64,000 nt of DNA from the NCBI GenBank assembly GCA_964016885.1, contig OZ024742.1, forward strand, positions 77,128,001 through 77,192,000, written 5' to 3'. Below, piece by piece: positions 1 to 12,950 of this stretch. Each line of letters starts with the position of its first letter. Position 1 is the stretch's first letter. The stretch comes from Eledone cirrhosa. Its lineage: Eukaryota. The translations under genes and the position numbers were made by a program. Under the pieces are notes generated by a model. It saw only the letters and a program-made list of their open reading frames with translations. It was not told the DNA's origin and did no database searches.

Positions 1-20
1 AAACGAAGAAAGAAATCCCC

Positions 21-65
21 AGTCACTGAAGAGGTCACAGAGTGTGTGACGAAAGAACTATGACT
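21..65 (+). ncRNA. Minimal type I hammerhead ribozyme motif (PLE pseudo-LTR type)
   Basis: agtca-CTGAAGA-g-gtcaca(gagtg)tgtgac-GAAA-gaac-TA-tgact. Stem I is agtca/tgact, stem II has 6 bp and stem III is vestigial. AATAAA follows about 80 nt downstream. Confidence 0.75.
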
Positions 66-278
66 ATATATATATAAACAACTATCTGGTTGTGGAACCA
101 ACCAACCAACCAGAAATTTATAAATTTGTAAATTTATAAATATTTAATAAATTAAATTGAAGTGAAAGCAACTGGTGCGTGTGTTTCTTATTGGCAGCAT
201 GACCCTCCCAAAGTGTAACAATATCGGTTTCAACACACGATTTCAGATAAAGAATCTTGCTAAACAAATTCAGAAACG

Positions 279-312
<34 letters not shown>

Positions 313-738
313 ATACTATTTATAGTTATGTATATTTTAAACTTGTTATAGTTATGTATAATTTAAACTATAAACAGGGAAGGTCAGTAATTTATTACTA
401 CCTTATTACCAGTAAGATAAATAACTCAATGTAAGAATATCAGTTATTCTACAGAGCAGTCATATAGAATAAGTGGGTTTGAAATTATTTGAAATGTAAG
501 ATATCGCCGAATTTTGACTAAATAAATTAAAGAAATGATTTAGCCTGCTAGTGGGGTTAACAACCCTCGGATAAATGGAAAAAGATGTACGTCAATACTC
601 ATCTTTTTCCATTTCTCCGAGAGTTCTTAACCGCACTATCAGGCTAAATAATTTCTTTAATTTATTTAGTCAAAATACGGCGATAGCTTACCTTTCAAAT
701 AATTTCAAATCCACTCACTGTTTCGAAAATATTCTCAC

Positions 739-776
<38 letters not shown>

Positions 777-813
777 ATTTACAAGGATCAAAGCTATGTT
801 CAAAGCATTTATT

Positions 814-872
814 CACTTACGATTGTTTCATCCAAACCTAGGCCTGGTGTCTTCGGAGCATTTTTCAATGGT
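814..872 (-). ncRNA. Degenerate hammerhead-like motif (U3-A8 core) in the inner fold-back
   Basis: Minus strand reads TTGAAAA...GAAA-caatcg-TA-agtg-AATAAA. The other arm has the palindromic stem III caattg. Stems I and II are imperfect. Confidence 0.4.
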
Positions 873-1062
873 TGTACATATAATTGACCTCCTATCCAAC
901 GCAAGAGACATACAGATACATAAATATATATTGATGTACAGTGGAGTGGCATATATTATACTATACTATATTTGTACAGCAATTCAAATTTAAAACCAAG
1001 CCTAGGTTTGGATTAAACAATTGTAAGTGAATAAATGCTTTGAACATAGCTTTGATCCTTGT

Positions 1063-1294
<232 letters not shown>

Positions 1295-1639
1295 GTGAGA
1301 ATATTTTCGAAACAGCGAGTGGATTTGAAATTATTTGAAATGTAAGCTATCGCCGTATTTTGACTAAATGAATTAAAGAAATTATTTAGCCTGATAGTAG
1401 GGTTAAGAACTCTCGGAGAAATGGAAAAAGATGAGTATTGACGTACATCTTTTTCCATTTATCCGAGGGTTCTTAACCCCACTATCATGCTAAATCATTT
1501 CTTTAATTTATTTAGTCAAAATACGGCGATAGCTTACATTTCAAATAATTTCAAACCCACTCGCTGTTTCGAAAATATTCTTATTTGACATCATAATCGC
1601 TACGTTTATAGCTTCCAATTTGAATGGAAAAAGACGGGT

Positions 1640-1711
1640 GATGTGTTGGTGTAAATGGTAACACAGTGGTCCGGTTAACCAAAGATGTGGGTTCGACTCC
1701 CACGTACGTCG
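1640..1711 (+). tRNA. tRNA-like cloverleaf (pseudo-tRNA or SINE head) inside a repeat unit
   Basis: A box TGGTGTAAATGG and B box GGTTCGACTCC. D stem GTGT/ACAC, anticodon stem TGGT/ACCA with loop CCGGTTA, T stem GTGGG/CCCAC. The acceptor stem GATGTGT/GTACGTC has three G-U pairs. TTTTT follows about 10 nt downstream. Confidence 0.7.
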
Positions 1712-1813
1712 ATACTCATCTTTTTCCATTTCTCCGAGGGTTCTTAACCCCACTTTCAGGCTAAATAATTTCTTTAATTTATTTAGTCAAAATACTGCGA
1801 TAGCTTACATTTG

Positions 1814-1844
<31 letters not shown>

Positions 1845-2195
1845 TACACGGGTGTGTATGAGTGTGTATAGAAGATTATATTAATAAAAGGAATTCCAAC
1901 TTTGTCTGAATTACTCGTTTGATTTACTGTGACAGTTGAAAATTACAAACTTGACTGTCAACACAGAATATGAACCTGAAGTTTGCGAAAGCATGAAAAT
2001 ACTTGTTTACTTAACATTTAATATTCTTTGCGTGTAATTGTTTTTCACCGTTCCAAATAATGACGTATTATATTCGTTTTTTCCCGTTTTTTTGCCATGG
2101 AACGTTTCCACGAACCAAAGTATCGTGTTCCTGTCTTCCTCGGGTTGCAACGTTTTTTGAAATATTAACTTCTGCGTTCGCAGATTGACTTTGTT

Positions 2196-2246
2196 AGTTT
2201 CAGAAGATCCCGTTAAGGGTGAAAGCAGCGAGTCTTTGTTTAAACT
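2196..2246 (+). ncRNA. Hammerhead-like motif with variant core CAGAAGA (pLTR copy)
   Basis: agttt-CAGAAGA-t-ccc(gttaa)ggg-t-GAAA-gca(9 nt)tgt-TT-aaact. The same motif occurs at 2319-2369(-), 5375-5425(+), 30371-30421(+), 35955-36005(-), 36574-36624(+) and 42810-42860(+). Confidence 0.6.
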
Positions 2247-2271
2247 TTAATCTGTTATTTTAATAAATATA

Positions 2272-2307
<36 letters not shown>

Positions 2308-2662
2308 TAACAGATTAAAGTTTAAGCAAAGAATCGCTGCTTTCACCCTTAACGGGATCTTCTGAAACTAACAAAGTCAATATGTAAACGCAGATGTGAA
2401 TATTTCAAAAAACGTTGCAACCGGGGGAAGACAGGAAGACGATACTTTGGTTCGTGGCAACGTTGCCTGGCAAAGAACGGGAAGAAACGAATATAATACG
2501 TCATTATTTGGAGCGGTAAAAAACAATTACACGCAAAGACAGAACCACGTTTATGGTATAAAAGAAGTCGTAGACTAATATTCTCTTAGGTGGTTCATAG
2601 AGACGTTCTCTGGCAATGAACGGAAAAAACGAAGATAATACGTCATATGTGGAGCGTGACGG

Positions 2663-4440
2663 TTGCGTTGGCGTGCCTTTTATTTCGATAATCAGGGAAA
2701 AGCAGACAACAAACAGGATAAATTTGGGTTTAAAACCTATAATAACCCTCCGTGTAACCCAGCATTGCTGCCCTTCGAAAATGATATCTTGGAACTCATA
2801 CGGAGTATCAAATTTCGGAATAGGAGAAATTCCTTCCAGCAGGACCTGAAGAATATAATTCGTTCTATTAAGGATTCTAATTGCCGTGCACGTCCATTCC
2901 GACAAAATTGGCAAACTATATCAAGTGGAGCGCAGTACTTACCATCAACTACTACATAATGCTCTAACTAAGGATTACAGTAAAACTAATCGGTGCGTCA
3001 TCAATGAAATCGATGATGCTGGGTTTAAAATCACCTCTGATCTCAACATCCTGAACCGGACAGAACCTCTGGATCCTATTTCTCCCCACAAATCCAATTT
3101 TCCGAACAACCCCTCTATTCGGCTTATTAACCCTACGAAGTCCGATTTAGGTAGACTTATTAAACGGATTCTTGATATAATTATACCTGAAATTAGATGT
3201 TTGTCCCCTCTTGCACTGTGGAACAATTCTTTAGCGGTGATTGATTTGTTCAACGGCATATTCAACAAGGAACATTGCCGTTTTATCCAATTCGACATCA
3301 ATAATTACTACTCCTCCATCAGTTTACCACTTCTCCTTAGAGCTATCAATTTCGCTAAAACACTCAAAGTGGTTAAGGATTTCGAAGTTGATGTCATCTT
3401 CAATGCCCGTAAGTCGGTGATTAATTTCGACGACTCTATTTGGATAAAAAAATCTAATAGTACCCCATTCGACGTGAGTATGGGCGCCAGCGATTCTGCG
3501 GAGGTTACTGATCTTATCGGCCTTTTCCTTCTTTTCTCTATCAAGGACGAATTCCCCAACGTAGGCGGTGGTTTGTACTGTGATGATGGTCTTTTGACCA
3601 TGACTAAGTGCGGCACACGTGCTTGCGACAGGTTCAGAAAAGAACTCACATCCTTCTTTAAAGGCTTCAACCCCTCTACACAGGTTGAGGCCAACCTCTC
3701 GGTTGTTAATTACCTCGACGTTACCCTCAATTTATCGAATGGCTTGTATTACACGTAGAAGAAATAGATCCTGACGCATTATATGGTATAACCCACCATA
3801 TAATAAGGATGTGGCCACACCATTAGCTAAGATCTTTCTATACTTTATTACGAAGCATTTTCCTCCTACACATAAACATAGTCAAATTTTTAATAGAAAC
3901 ACTATTAAAATGTCTTACTCTACGATTCCTAACCTTGCACATAACATCACAGCTTCAAATTTAGCTAAACTACCTAGCCGTAGGAACACGTGCAACCCTG
4001 TAGTTAGTACTAACTGTAATTGTAGGAATCGGGTTGATTGCACCCTATCCGGGAAATGCCTCTCTAGTAACATTGTCTACAAATGTAAGGTTGAAACACC
4101 CACGTCCCGTAGGTATTACATAGGGTTAACCGCCAATAGGTTCAAGCAGCGTCTTTACATGCATACCAATTCTTTTCGTTACCCTCTAAGAAGGAATATC
4201 ACGTCACTTTCAGCTTACATCTGTAGTCTAAAAGACAACCACAACCAATATAAGTTACACTGGGAGATCCTAGCTAGGTCTAGATCGTATAACGGAAATA
4301 AAAGACCATGTGACCTCGGCGCCGCTGAGGCCCTGGAAATAAACTACGCCACAGACCACATCTTAAACAAAAAATCTGAGGCAATTTCGGCTTGTAAACA
4401 TAAATTGCACAAAACTTTCCTGTATAACAGCCCCACATTA
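2663..4440 (+). pseudogene. PLE reverse transcriptase + GIY-YIG endonuclease ORF, disrupted
   Basis: FIQFDINNYYSSI, MGASDSAEVTDLIGL, GLYCDDGL (catalytic DD), YLDVTLNL. After an apparent deletion at about 3760-3778: IIWYNPPY, a CNCxxxxxC linker, IVYKC...YYIGLT (GIY-YIG) and KKSEAISACKH. There is a frameshift near 2885. Confidence 0.9.
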
Positions 4441-5374
4441 TACTCTAACGGATTATACGATCTATACGCGGATAGTTTACGTCTTGATGTGGTAGCTAAG
4501 TATATGTTATGTTTATACCATTACTTATTTGCATAGGTAAGTATATAATACCTGTATGTTTTGTGAAGGTACGTGTACATTCTCGTACGTATATTTGATT
4601 GTATATGTTACGGCGTATATTTTATATATTTTGGTACATATGCTTTTGGTTATGTGTATAAGTGAGTTTTGCGTCCCTGTGAGTATGCGGCTTCGTACGT
4701 ATGTAGGGTGTGTGTATATGTGTACTTCGTGTTTTGGTTGACGTTCGTCTCCGAAACTTTGTGTATTTACATGTAGGTATGTGTGTGCGCTTCTTATATA
4801 CGTATTTATTTATTTATATACGTTTATTTAATTATTTGTATACACGCACACACGCACACACATATTTATATGTCCGTGTATTTGTATACCTATGGCGAGT
4901 GTTTTCGCGTATGCTTGTGTATGTACGTATTTGGATGCGTGTATGTATTTATTTAATTTCAATTACCTCTGTATTTTATTTACTTTATTCTTAACTTTGA
5001 AGCGGAGAATCATTCGGTTTCCTAGTTAGAATTTTAGTCTACGTCTTCAGTTATACCATTTACGTGGTTTTGTCTTTGTGTGCAATTGTTCTCCACGCTC
5101 CACATATTATCTTCGTTTTTTCCTTTCATTGCCAGAGAACGTCTGCATGAACCACCTAAGAGAATATTAGTCTCCGACTTCTTTCATACCATAAACGTGG
5201 TTCTGTCTTTCATGTAATTGTTTTTCACCGCTCATACTAATGACGTATTATATTCGTTTTTTCCCGTTCTTTGCCAGGGAACGTTTCCACGAACCAAAGT
5301 ATCGTCTTCCTGTCTTTCTCGGGTTGCAACGTTTTTTGAAATATTAACTTCTGCGTTTACAGATTGACTTTGTT

Positions 5375-5425
5375 AGTTTCAGAAGATCCCGTTAACGGTG
5401 AAAGCAGCGAGTCTTTGCTTAAACT
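5375..5425 (+). ncRNA. Hammerhead-like motif (CAGAAGA variant) in the 3' pLTR of the PLE
   Basis: Stem I agttt/aaact and stem III A-gca/tgc-T. Followed by AATAAA about 15 nt downstream. Confidence 0.6.
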
Positions 5426-5518
5426 TTAATCTGTTATTTCAATAAATATTTGCTCTATGGTTCTTATATATTTGATATATATTTATCCTTATCGAGCCCT
5501 CTTCAAATTGTTATTATT

Positions 5519-5749
<231 letters not shown>

Positions 5750-8700
5750 TTTCCTGGGTATGACATTAAACTACATCCAGTGGCAAGGCTCCAGTTCGGG
5801 AGTTCAGGAGATGTGGGGAATGTGGAGTTACCCCTTAGTTGTCATGACTCCCAGGTCTGCCCGAGCCCGGGGTGGTAGTACCTGTTAGGGCTCCATTTAT
5901 GGGTTAAATAACTACCTTATTCGAGTGGCGCCGGTAAGGTATTGTCAGCCATTGAAAAGAAATATGGAGAGTCGATCTAACAGCACTAGGGTTAGAGCCC
6001 CTAATTACACTGTCAAGGAGCAGCCTGGTCGTTATGACTCTGCTGGCTTAGAGCCACAGAGAGGGCCAGTGGATGATGGATCAGCTGTCTCTGAGACAAA
6101 TATAAAGAATGCAGTTTTGTCCTGCAGAAGAGCCATAAAAATGGGCACTTTGAATGTGAGGACTATTCGAACGCTGGAGAAGAGAGAGGAGTTGGGACAT
6201 CTGTTCGAGGAGAGTGGTATACAGATACTTGCGATCCAAGAACACAGGATTCTACACGATGAGCCCGTGAGGAGTGTGAGGATCGGGAGGAAGAGCCAGC
6301 TCATCACTACATCGGCAGTGAAGAACACAACAAATGCTGCAGTAGGAGGAGTGGGTTTTGTGTTCAGTGCAAAAACCAATCTGTTGGTGAGGGAAATAAT
6401 GCCTATCTCCCCGCGAGTGTTGAGGGTGACCTTCAATGGAAACCCAAGACTGACAGTCATCTCAGCCTATAGTCCAACCGAGGGGGACAGTGATGTGAAT
6501 GCCTAGGAGTTCCATGAGGAGGTGTGTAGAGCTGTCAACACCACTCAGGCACACAATATCCTGCTTGTTTTGGGGGACTTCAATGCACATCTGAGGAAGG
6601 AGGGCAGTGAAGATCCTTGCTGGTACTTCCATAACAACACCAACCGAAATGGAAGACTACTGAGAGACACCCTGCTGGAGGCGAACTTGATGGCGACCAA
6701 CCTAAGGTTTAGGAAGAATCTGTGGAAGATGTGGACCTACATCTCAGATATGCACCTGTCCATGTCCCAGATTCATTTCATTATGGTGAGGAAAAAGTGG
6801 CGGAATATTGTTCTGAACACGGAACCATACAGCTATTTAAGTACACTGGGTAGTGACCACCGGCTTGTTATGAGTGAGGTCCGCGTGAGCTTAAGAAAGA
6901 GCAAGGCTCAGCCCCGGAGAACAATCTATGACTGGGGAGCTTTCAAGGAAGATGATAAGCAACAGGAGAGGTTCACAGTGGAAGTGAGAAACAGGTTTAG
7001 TGCTCTGTGTGGAGAGTCAGAGGAGAGAGAGATTGGATGGACTGAGGAGAGTGTGACGAGGAGTTACGGGCACTTCACCAATGCAGTGGCGAAAGCAAGT
7101 AAAACCCTGGTGCCGAGGAAAAAGAACAAATGGAAGCACGTCAGCTCTGCAAACCCAAAATTGTGTGCAGCCAGAGAACACCTGAAAGCTGCCAGGGACA
7201 TATTCTATGCTGATTCTACGGAGGAGAGGATGGAGACTGTGGAGGTGATGAGGGAAGAGCTCTGTACCGCTTGCACTGAGGTCAGAGAGGAGGCACTGAT
7301 AGAGAAGATCAGAAGTGTGGAGAGAGCGGTTGACAGATCTGGATGTAAGGAGAGCTGGATGATCATCAACGAGATCACAGGGAGGAAGAAAAGATGTACG
7401 AGTCAGATCCAGGGAACGGGGCCCGAGGATAGGAAGAGGAAATGGCTAGACCATTTTAGGACCCTACTGGGAGTGCCACCCTCCACAGCCCAGAGCACTG
7501 GGGTGATCAGGCGGCTGTTTGAGGAACTGGATGTTGAGACAGAGCCCTTCACCAGAGAGGAGCTTCAGAGTGCCAAGAAGAAGATCAAGGAGGGCAAGGC
7601 TCATGGAGAAGATGGAGTGGCATCAGAGGTGATGAAGAGGTGTGATTTTGATGATATCATCCTGGGGTTCTGTAACGGGGCACTGGAGAAAGGTGTTGCC
7701 CCGAATCAGTGGAGGATCAGTAACATCGTCCCAGTGCCAAAGAAGAGAGATCTCTCTAACACCAACAACTACCGGGGGATCTCACTGACGTCACTTGTGG
7801 CAAAGACCCTCAACAGGATGATTCTTAACAGGATCCAGCCTGAGATGGAGAAGAAGCTCAGGGACAACCAGAACGGCTTCAGAGAGGGTAGATCAACCAC
7901 CAGTCACATCCTGATGCTGAGGAGGATATTAGAGGTGAGCTAGAGCAAAGTGCCTTCCTGCGGTCATGGTTTTCATTGACTTTAGGAAGGCCTTTGATTC
8001 TGTGGACCGTGACTGCCTGATGAAGATCTTACAGGCTTATGGAATCCGCAAGAGGATAGTGGACCTGATATCACTGCTCTACACCAACACCAAAGCCCAA
8101 GTCATTACACCTGATGGGATGACAGAGTTCTTTGAAATACTGGCTGGAGTGCTTCAGGGAGATACATTGGCTCCCTACCTTTTTATCATCGTAGTGGACT
8201 ATTGTATGCGCCTTGCACTGGAGAAACACCAGGACTCTGGCTTTACTGTAGCACCGGCTCAGAGCAGGAGAGGTGGGGCGAAAAAGGTATCGGATGCTGA
8301 CTTTGCCGACGACATAGTTTTGGTGACAAATACAGTGAAGGAGGCAGAGGATTTGATGCGGGAGGTTGAGACTGTGTCGATGAGTGTGGGGCTGAGAATG
8401 AATGAGACTAAAACAAAATATCTGGTAGAGAATGTTGAGAAGCCATAGGGGATCACTAATGTAGGCGGGAAGCCGCTGGAATTGGTTGAGGACTTCCTGT
8501 ATTTGGGAGCAAAGATTGGGAATACGGAAGATGATGTGGTTGAGAGGAAGAGCAAGGCCTGGGCGGCGTGTCACAGATTGAGATCGGTGTGGAAGTCGGA
8601 CCTTCGTAGAGACCTGAAAATCCGCCTCTTCATTGCTGTAGTGGAGTTTGTGCTGCTGTATGGGTATGAGACTTGGACACTGACCAAGAGACTCACTCAG

Positions 8701-9309
8701 ATGGTGGATGGGTGCTACACGAGAATGCTGAGGATGGCTCTGAACATTAATCAGTATACACTGAGGATGAAAAACTCAGAGCTGTATGGGAGCATCCCAA
8801 AAGTCAGCTCAAAAGTGACACAGAGGAGACTGAGGTTGGCTGGACATGCTCACCGACATCCAGAGTTGACATTGCACTCAGTGCTCGTTTGGGAGCCCCT
8901 ACATGGACACACTAGAAGAGGAAGACCAAGGTTAACATGTGTTGATGCCCTAAGGACAGACACTGGTCTGTTGGAGATGCAGGATATGGAAGCGATAATG
9001 AGGGACAGAGACCGCTGGAGAGAACTCGTCCATGGATCTCGGGAATTTTACCCGCCTTAGATATATATATAAAAGTAAGCTCAAAAGTGACACACAGGAG
9101 TCCGACGTTTGCTGGACAAGCTCACCGACATCCAGAGTTGACATTGCACTCAGTGCTCCTGTGGGAGCCCCTACAAATACACACTGGAAGAGGAAGACCA
9201 AGGTTAACGTATGTTGATGCCCTAAGGACAGACACTGGTCTCTTGGAGACGCAGGACATGGCAGCAATAATGAGGGACAGAGACCGCTGGAGAGAACTCG
9301 TCCATGGAT

Positions 9310-9311
<2 letters not shown>
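5750..9311 (+). mobile_element. Near full-length RTE-clade LINE flanked by (TA)n, with a duplicated 3' end
   Basis: GC-richer block between TA tracts with a single APE+RT ORF. 9072-9311 duplicates about 8800-9037. Confidence 0.92.
5925..9060 (+). pseudogene. RTE LINE ORF (AP endonuclease + reverse transcriptase) with two nonsense codons and one frameshift
   Basis: APE motifs: MGTLNVRT, LAIQEHR, SAYSPT, LGDFNA, GSDHRLV. RT motifs: NYRGISLTS, QNGFR, FIDFRKAFDS, GVLQGDTLAP, FADD (8302-8313), FLYLG, LLYGYETW. In-frame TAG at 6504-6506 and 8446-8448; frameshift near 7936. Confidence 0.95.
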
Positions 9312-9381
<70 letters not shown>

Positions 9382-9424
9382 GTGTATATATATATATATA
9401 TATATACATATATATATAATCAAG

Positions 9425-9818
9425 ATTCTTTTCACTCGGAGAATATAAAATACCCGAGTTCAAATTACGAACTGGCGCTATTCAAATTTGTTCCCGAGAT
9501 GAGAGTGAATAATATAGAAGCAAATCTGTCTAGCGCCGTGTGCAAAGAAAGAAGGCAGAGGCGGAAAGGTCAATCCACTGCCACTAGAAATAGCAGCAGT
9601 CAAAACGTCCAAAATGTTATCTCGACCAGGGGAGATTAATAATAATAAAGTATATATCCCTACATGCAAAATACATATAGGGACACATGTATTATTCAAC
9701 CATATGCCAATGTGGTTCTATGGCAGGTTAATAAATTAACGAGCCAGAACATATATAATCAAGGTTTAGCCAATAAGAAAAAGTTTTAAAATAAATTTTT
9801 TAAAATTCACTGTACCTA
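9425..9818. repeat. Unclassified interspersed repeat, diverged homolog of 41740-42073
   Basis: Shared collinear blocks ggagaatataaaat, gagttcaaa, aactggcgc, ccgtgtgcaaag, aaatagcagc and ggggaga; also aaaattcactgtac. Confidence 0.6.
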
Positions 9819-9829
9819 TATGTATATAT

Positions 9830-9852
<23 letters not shown>

Positions 9853-9860
<8 letters not shown>

Positions 9861-10020
9861 TATATATATATATAACGAAGGAAATGTGGTAAGGAACCAG
9901 GTGGACCATAACGCACCAAAGTACTCAATACTTAGGGTAGTAGAGTGGGTAATAGGAACAAGTAAGACCCCGACGTCGAAACGGCTTGAGCTCAGCCGTC
10001 GGGGTCTTACTTGTTCCTAT
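9853..10020. mobile_element. TA-embedded fold-back element, family X (HHR-derived)
   Basis: ataggaacaagtaagaccccgacg / cgtcggggtcttacttgttcctat inverted repeat around tcGAAAcggcTTgagctc. Homologous to 17417-17612, 55193-55381 and 56501-56690. Confidence 0.75.
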
Positions 10021-10032
10021 ATATATATATAT

Positions 10033-10121
<89 letters not shown>

Positions 10122-10511
10122 CATACGGGGAATGCGCGTGTGTGTTTTGTGTATGCGTCACTCAAATGTCAGTTGATGCGCACAGTATAACAACATCTTC
10201 CATGAAATATATCAATATTTCAATTTTTATAGCAAACAAAATAATTGTTATCCCATTTGCATTGGTGAATACGTCGTCTCGATTTTATTATGGGGTTTGA
10301 AAATTATGTTTTATTACTGATGTCAATCATAATCTTGTTTGTTACAAAATCAGTAATTAGAACTTTCATGGCATACCTACGCATTCCAGATGTGTTGTAT
10401 CTATGATTCCGTTTTCAAATGGGTCTTGTTTATGGAGGTTAAATTTGCCTTTACAAAAACACACACATTCATACATACATATATTTGTCGAAGATTATTA
10501 TTTTTATATAC

Positions 10512-10702
10512 GGCGGTGGATTAGCAGTATCGGTAGAGGGTCGGACGCCATGCTTTGACGCATAGAGTTACGGCCGTTTCCATTCTGAGTTCAAATTCCG
10601 CCAAGGTTGAACTTTGCCTTTCATCCTTACTGGGTCGATAAAATAAAGTACCAGTAATGCACTGGAGTAATTGCTGGCCTTGTGCCAAAACTAGAAACAA
10701 TT
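10512..10702 (+). mobile_element. tRNA-derived SINE (octopus-type, central domain resembling the Meta/MESC domain)
   Basis: A-box-like ttagcagtatcgg and B box gagttcaaattcc. Central gcctttcatcc...gggtcgataaaataaagtaccag and tail gctggccttgtgccaaaa. More than 10 copies in the window. Confidence 0.85.
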
Positions 10703-12814
10703 AATATTTTTATATACGAAATATTCATTTTAATTCTGATGGAATCTCTTTGTAGATTAACGTAAATCTTGCATCAGTTGTTAAATTCTAAACAAATTAT
10801 TAAAAAGAAATGTTGACTTTTAAATATAGACCCTGTCTCGAAAACTGGAAGGGATTAGGAATTACTCCGGGAATATTAAAGAAGTCATATTTGTCTTTAT
10901 AACCAGGAAAAACGCCCAAATAAGAATGATTAATTCTTCTTAATTAGAAAATCGTGAATGTGACAATCTGTTTTCAATTTGAATTCGCATTAATTGACTT
11001 TCATGAACAGGATAAGAGAGGGAAATAGAATGCTGTAGACATTATTAATATTCTTATATACTTGAAGTTTAGATGTAGACAAGCAAAACCTTTAAAATAA
11101 ATGACGTAATTGACGTCCTGGTTCTATAATGGTTTATATAAATCCGATTTATATATGTAATGAGAAGAGATTTCACGTCTTGAACTGATTATTGGAGAAA
11201 CATCTCTAACCTTGACAACTAGTAATAAATCGCTTTGTTACTGATTTATTTACACCTTATAGACAATGTACTGACATATAGGCAATATCACATTTTTCAT
11301 CAGGGCAGCAGAAGTCAAAAGAAATATAAAACTGCATAATATATATTGTGCTATTTAGTTATCTTTTGACGTATTCTGTCTCTATACACAGTCAGGGGTA
11401 CGTTTATATTTATGGTTTGGGGTTTGTTAAACGGATCAAAAAAAATATAATCGCATTGATGTAAATGTAAAGGTCCCTTCAAATCTAGAGATGTTTGGTT
11501 TTCCGTTTTTAATTTACGTTATATATTTTAGAGAAAATCATTGAGTATGTGTAAGGTTGGATATGAAATGTTGGTGATAATATACGATATTTTGATATAG
11601 AATATTGACACGATGGCAGGGTCTTTCAACCAGTGTGTCACTTTACATAATTACAGGAAACGAATCAACACAATTATTTGACTTGTATTTTATTCTATTT
11701 TCATTGGCAAGGCATACGTCAATTTTGACATAGGTGGAATTTGAACCCCGAACGTGAAGAGCTGGAGGTAATTCACCATTTTACTGACCAGCTAATTCAG
11801 TCTTACATTTACAACAGGTTGTGTTGTTAATGAAAGGAATATTTAATGGTTGACATAGTACTCTGCGTTGTTTGATGACGTTAATTCATATTGCTATTTC
11901 CAGACTTACCAAGCTCAATTTTGCCTTTGTTCTTTTGTGACTGATAAAAGTATTTTCTGTCATAGTACTAGAGTTAACATGATCACAGTTACTTCTTCGT
12001 CCAAATATGCTTAAATTAAAAATCAATATTGTATATTAGAAAAAAAAAAGAATAATTATATACAATATTAGAAATAAATATAACGAGTGCATATATTCGG
12101 CTACCTTAATTAGATATGACGCTGGTAAAATGGAGAAAGACATAACTCGCGAACGCTTATGTCCATTACCGAAATAAATGTAGCAATCTACTATTTATAT
12201 TCGTTTTACAGGAATATAACATTAACGCGAACTCTTTCTATACTACGTTTTACACTATGATGCACTTCTCAAAACCAATTATTTCATTAACGCTTGGTAT
12301 ACGGATCCGGCAATCTGGAATGGCAAATTCCCTAGTTCAAAATTCGCAGAAAGATCCTAATTATTTGCAACTAAATACCAAAGTTTATGTAATCCTTCAG
12401 TCTAACTTCTGTCTACTCAACACCTTTGGAATCATAAACTAATCATAACATTTGCTCCGTTCAGCAAAATATAGCCTGGCATTTCCTTTCCCAATTACAG
12501 TAGTGATACATAAAATATGGGTTTAGAACCGACCGGTTATTACGTATCTACCATATCAGCTATATATTTGTTAAATTACGGATAATATCACACTGTTATA
12601 TATAGTGCAACAACCATAGTTTGCAACATATAACAGCCCAATCCGGTAGAGCTGGTGTAGTAAAATCGAAACGGTTGATGCTACATGATACTCGCGGCTT
12701 TTCTCGGGCATTCTTAAACCTGGCGAAACCCATCCCTCTCCAGTTGTGAATTAAGTAGAGAAGGATAGAGAGTGTGGGAGTTTAAATGAGGAGGAGACAG
12801 AAGAAATATCGTCC

Positions 12815-12950
12815 TCAGTACTAGACTAGTAACATTTTTATCGACCTCGAATGAATGAGAGGCAAGCTTGACCCCCGGCGAGATTTGAACTCCGAGAACA
12901 GAGACCCGAAAGGAATAACACTAAGCATTCTTTCCGCCAATTCACTGCCT
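12815..12950 (-). mobile_element. Degenerate SINE copy
   Basis: tttatcgacctcgaatgaatgagaggcaag...gatttgaactc matches the reverse of the SINE core. Confidence 0.6.

Noticed and set aside
1386-1425. cctgatag...gggttaagaac(c/t)c...gagaaa as a hammerhead in the tRNA-associated family
   Set aside because: The core lacks G8-A9 spacing, and no stem I or III can be formed around it.
1640-1711. Functional tRNA gene
   Set aside because: The acceptor stem has three G-U pairs, the anticodon loop lacks U33, the top anticodon-stem pair is mismatched, and it lies inside an interspersed repeat. Kept only as tRNA-like.
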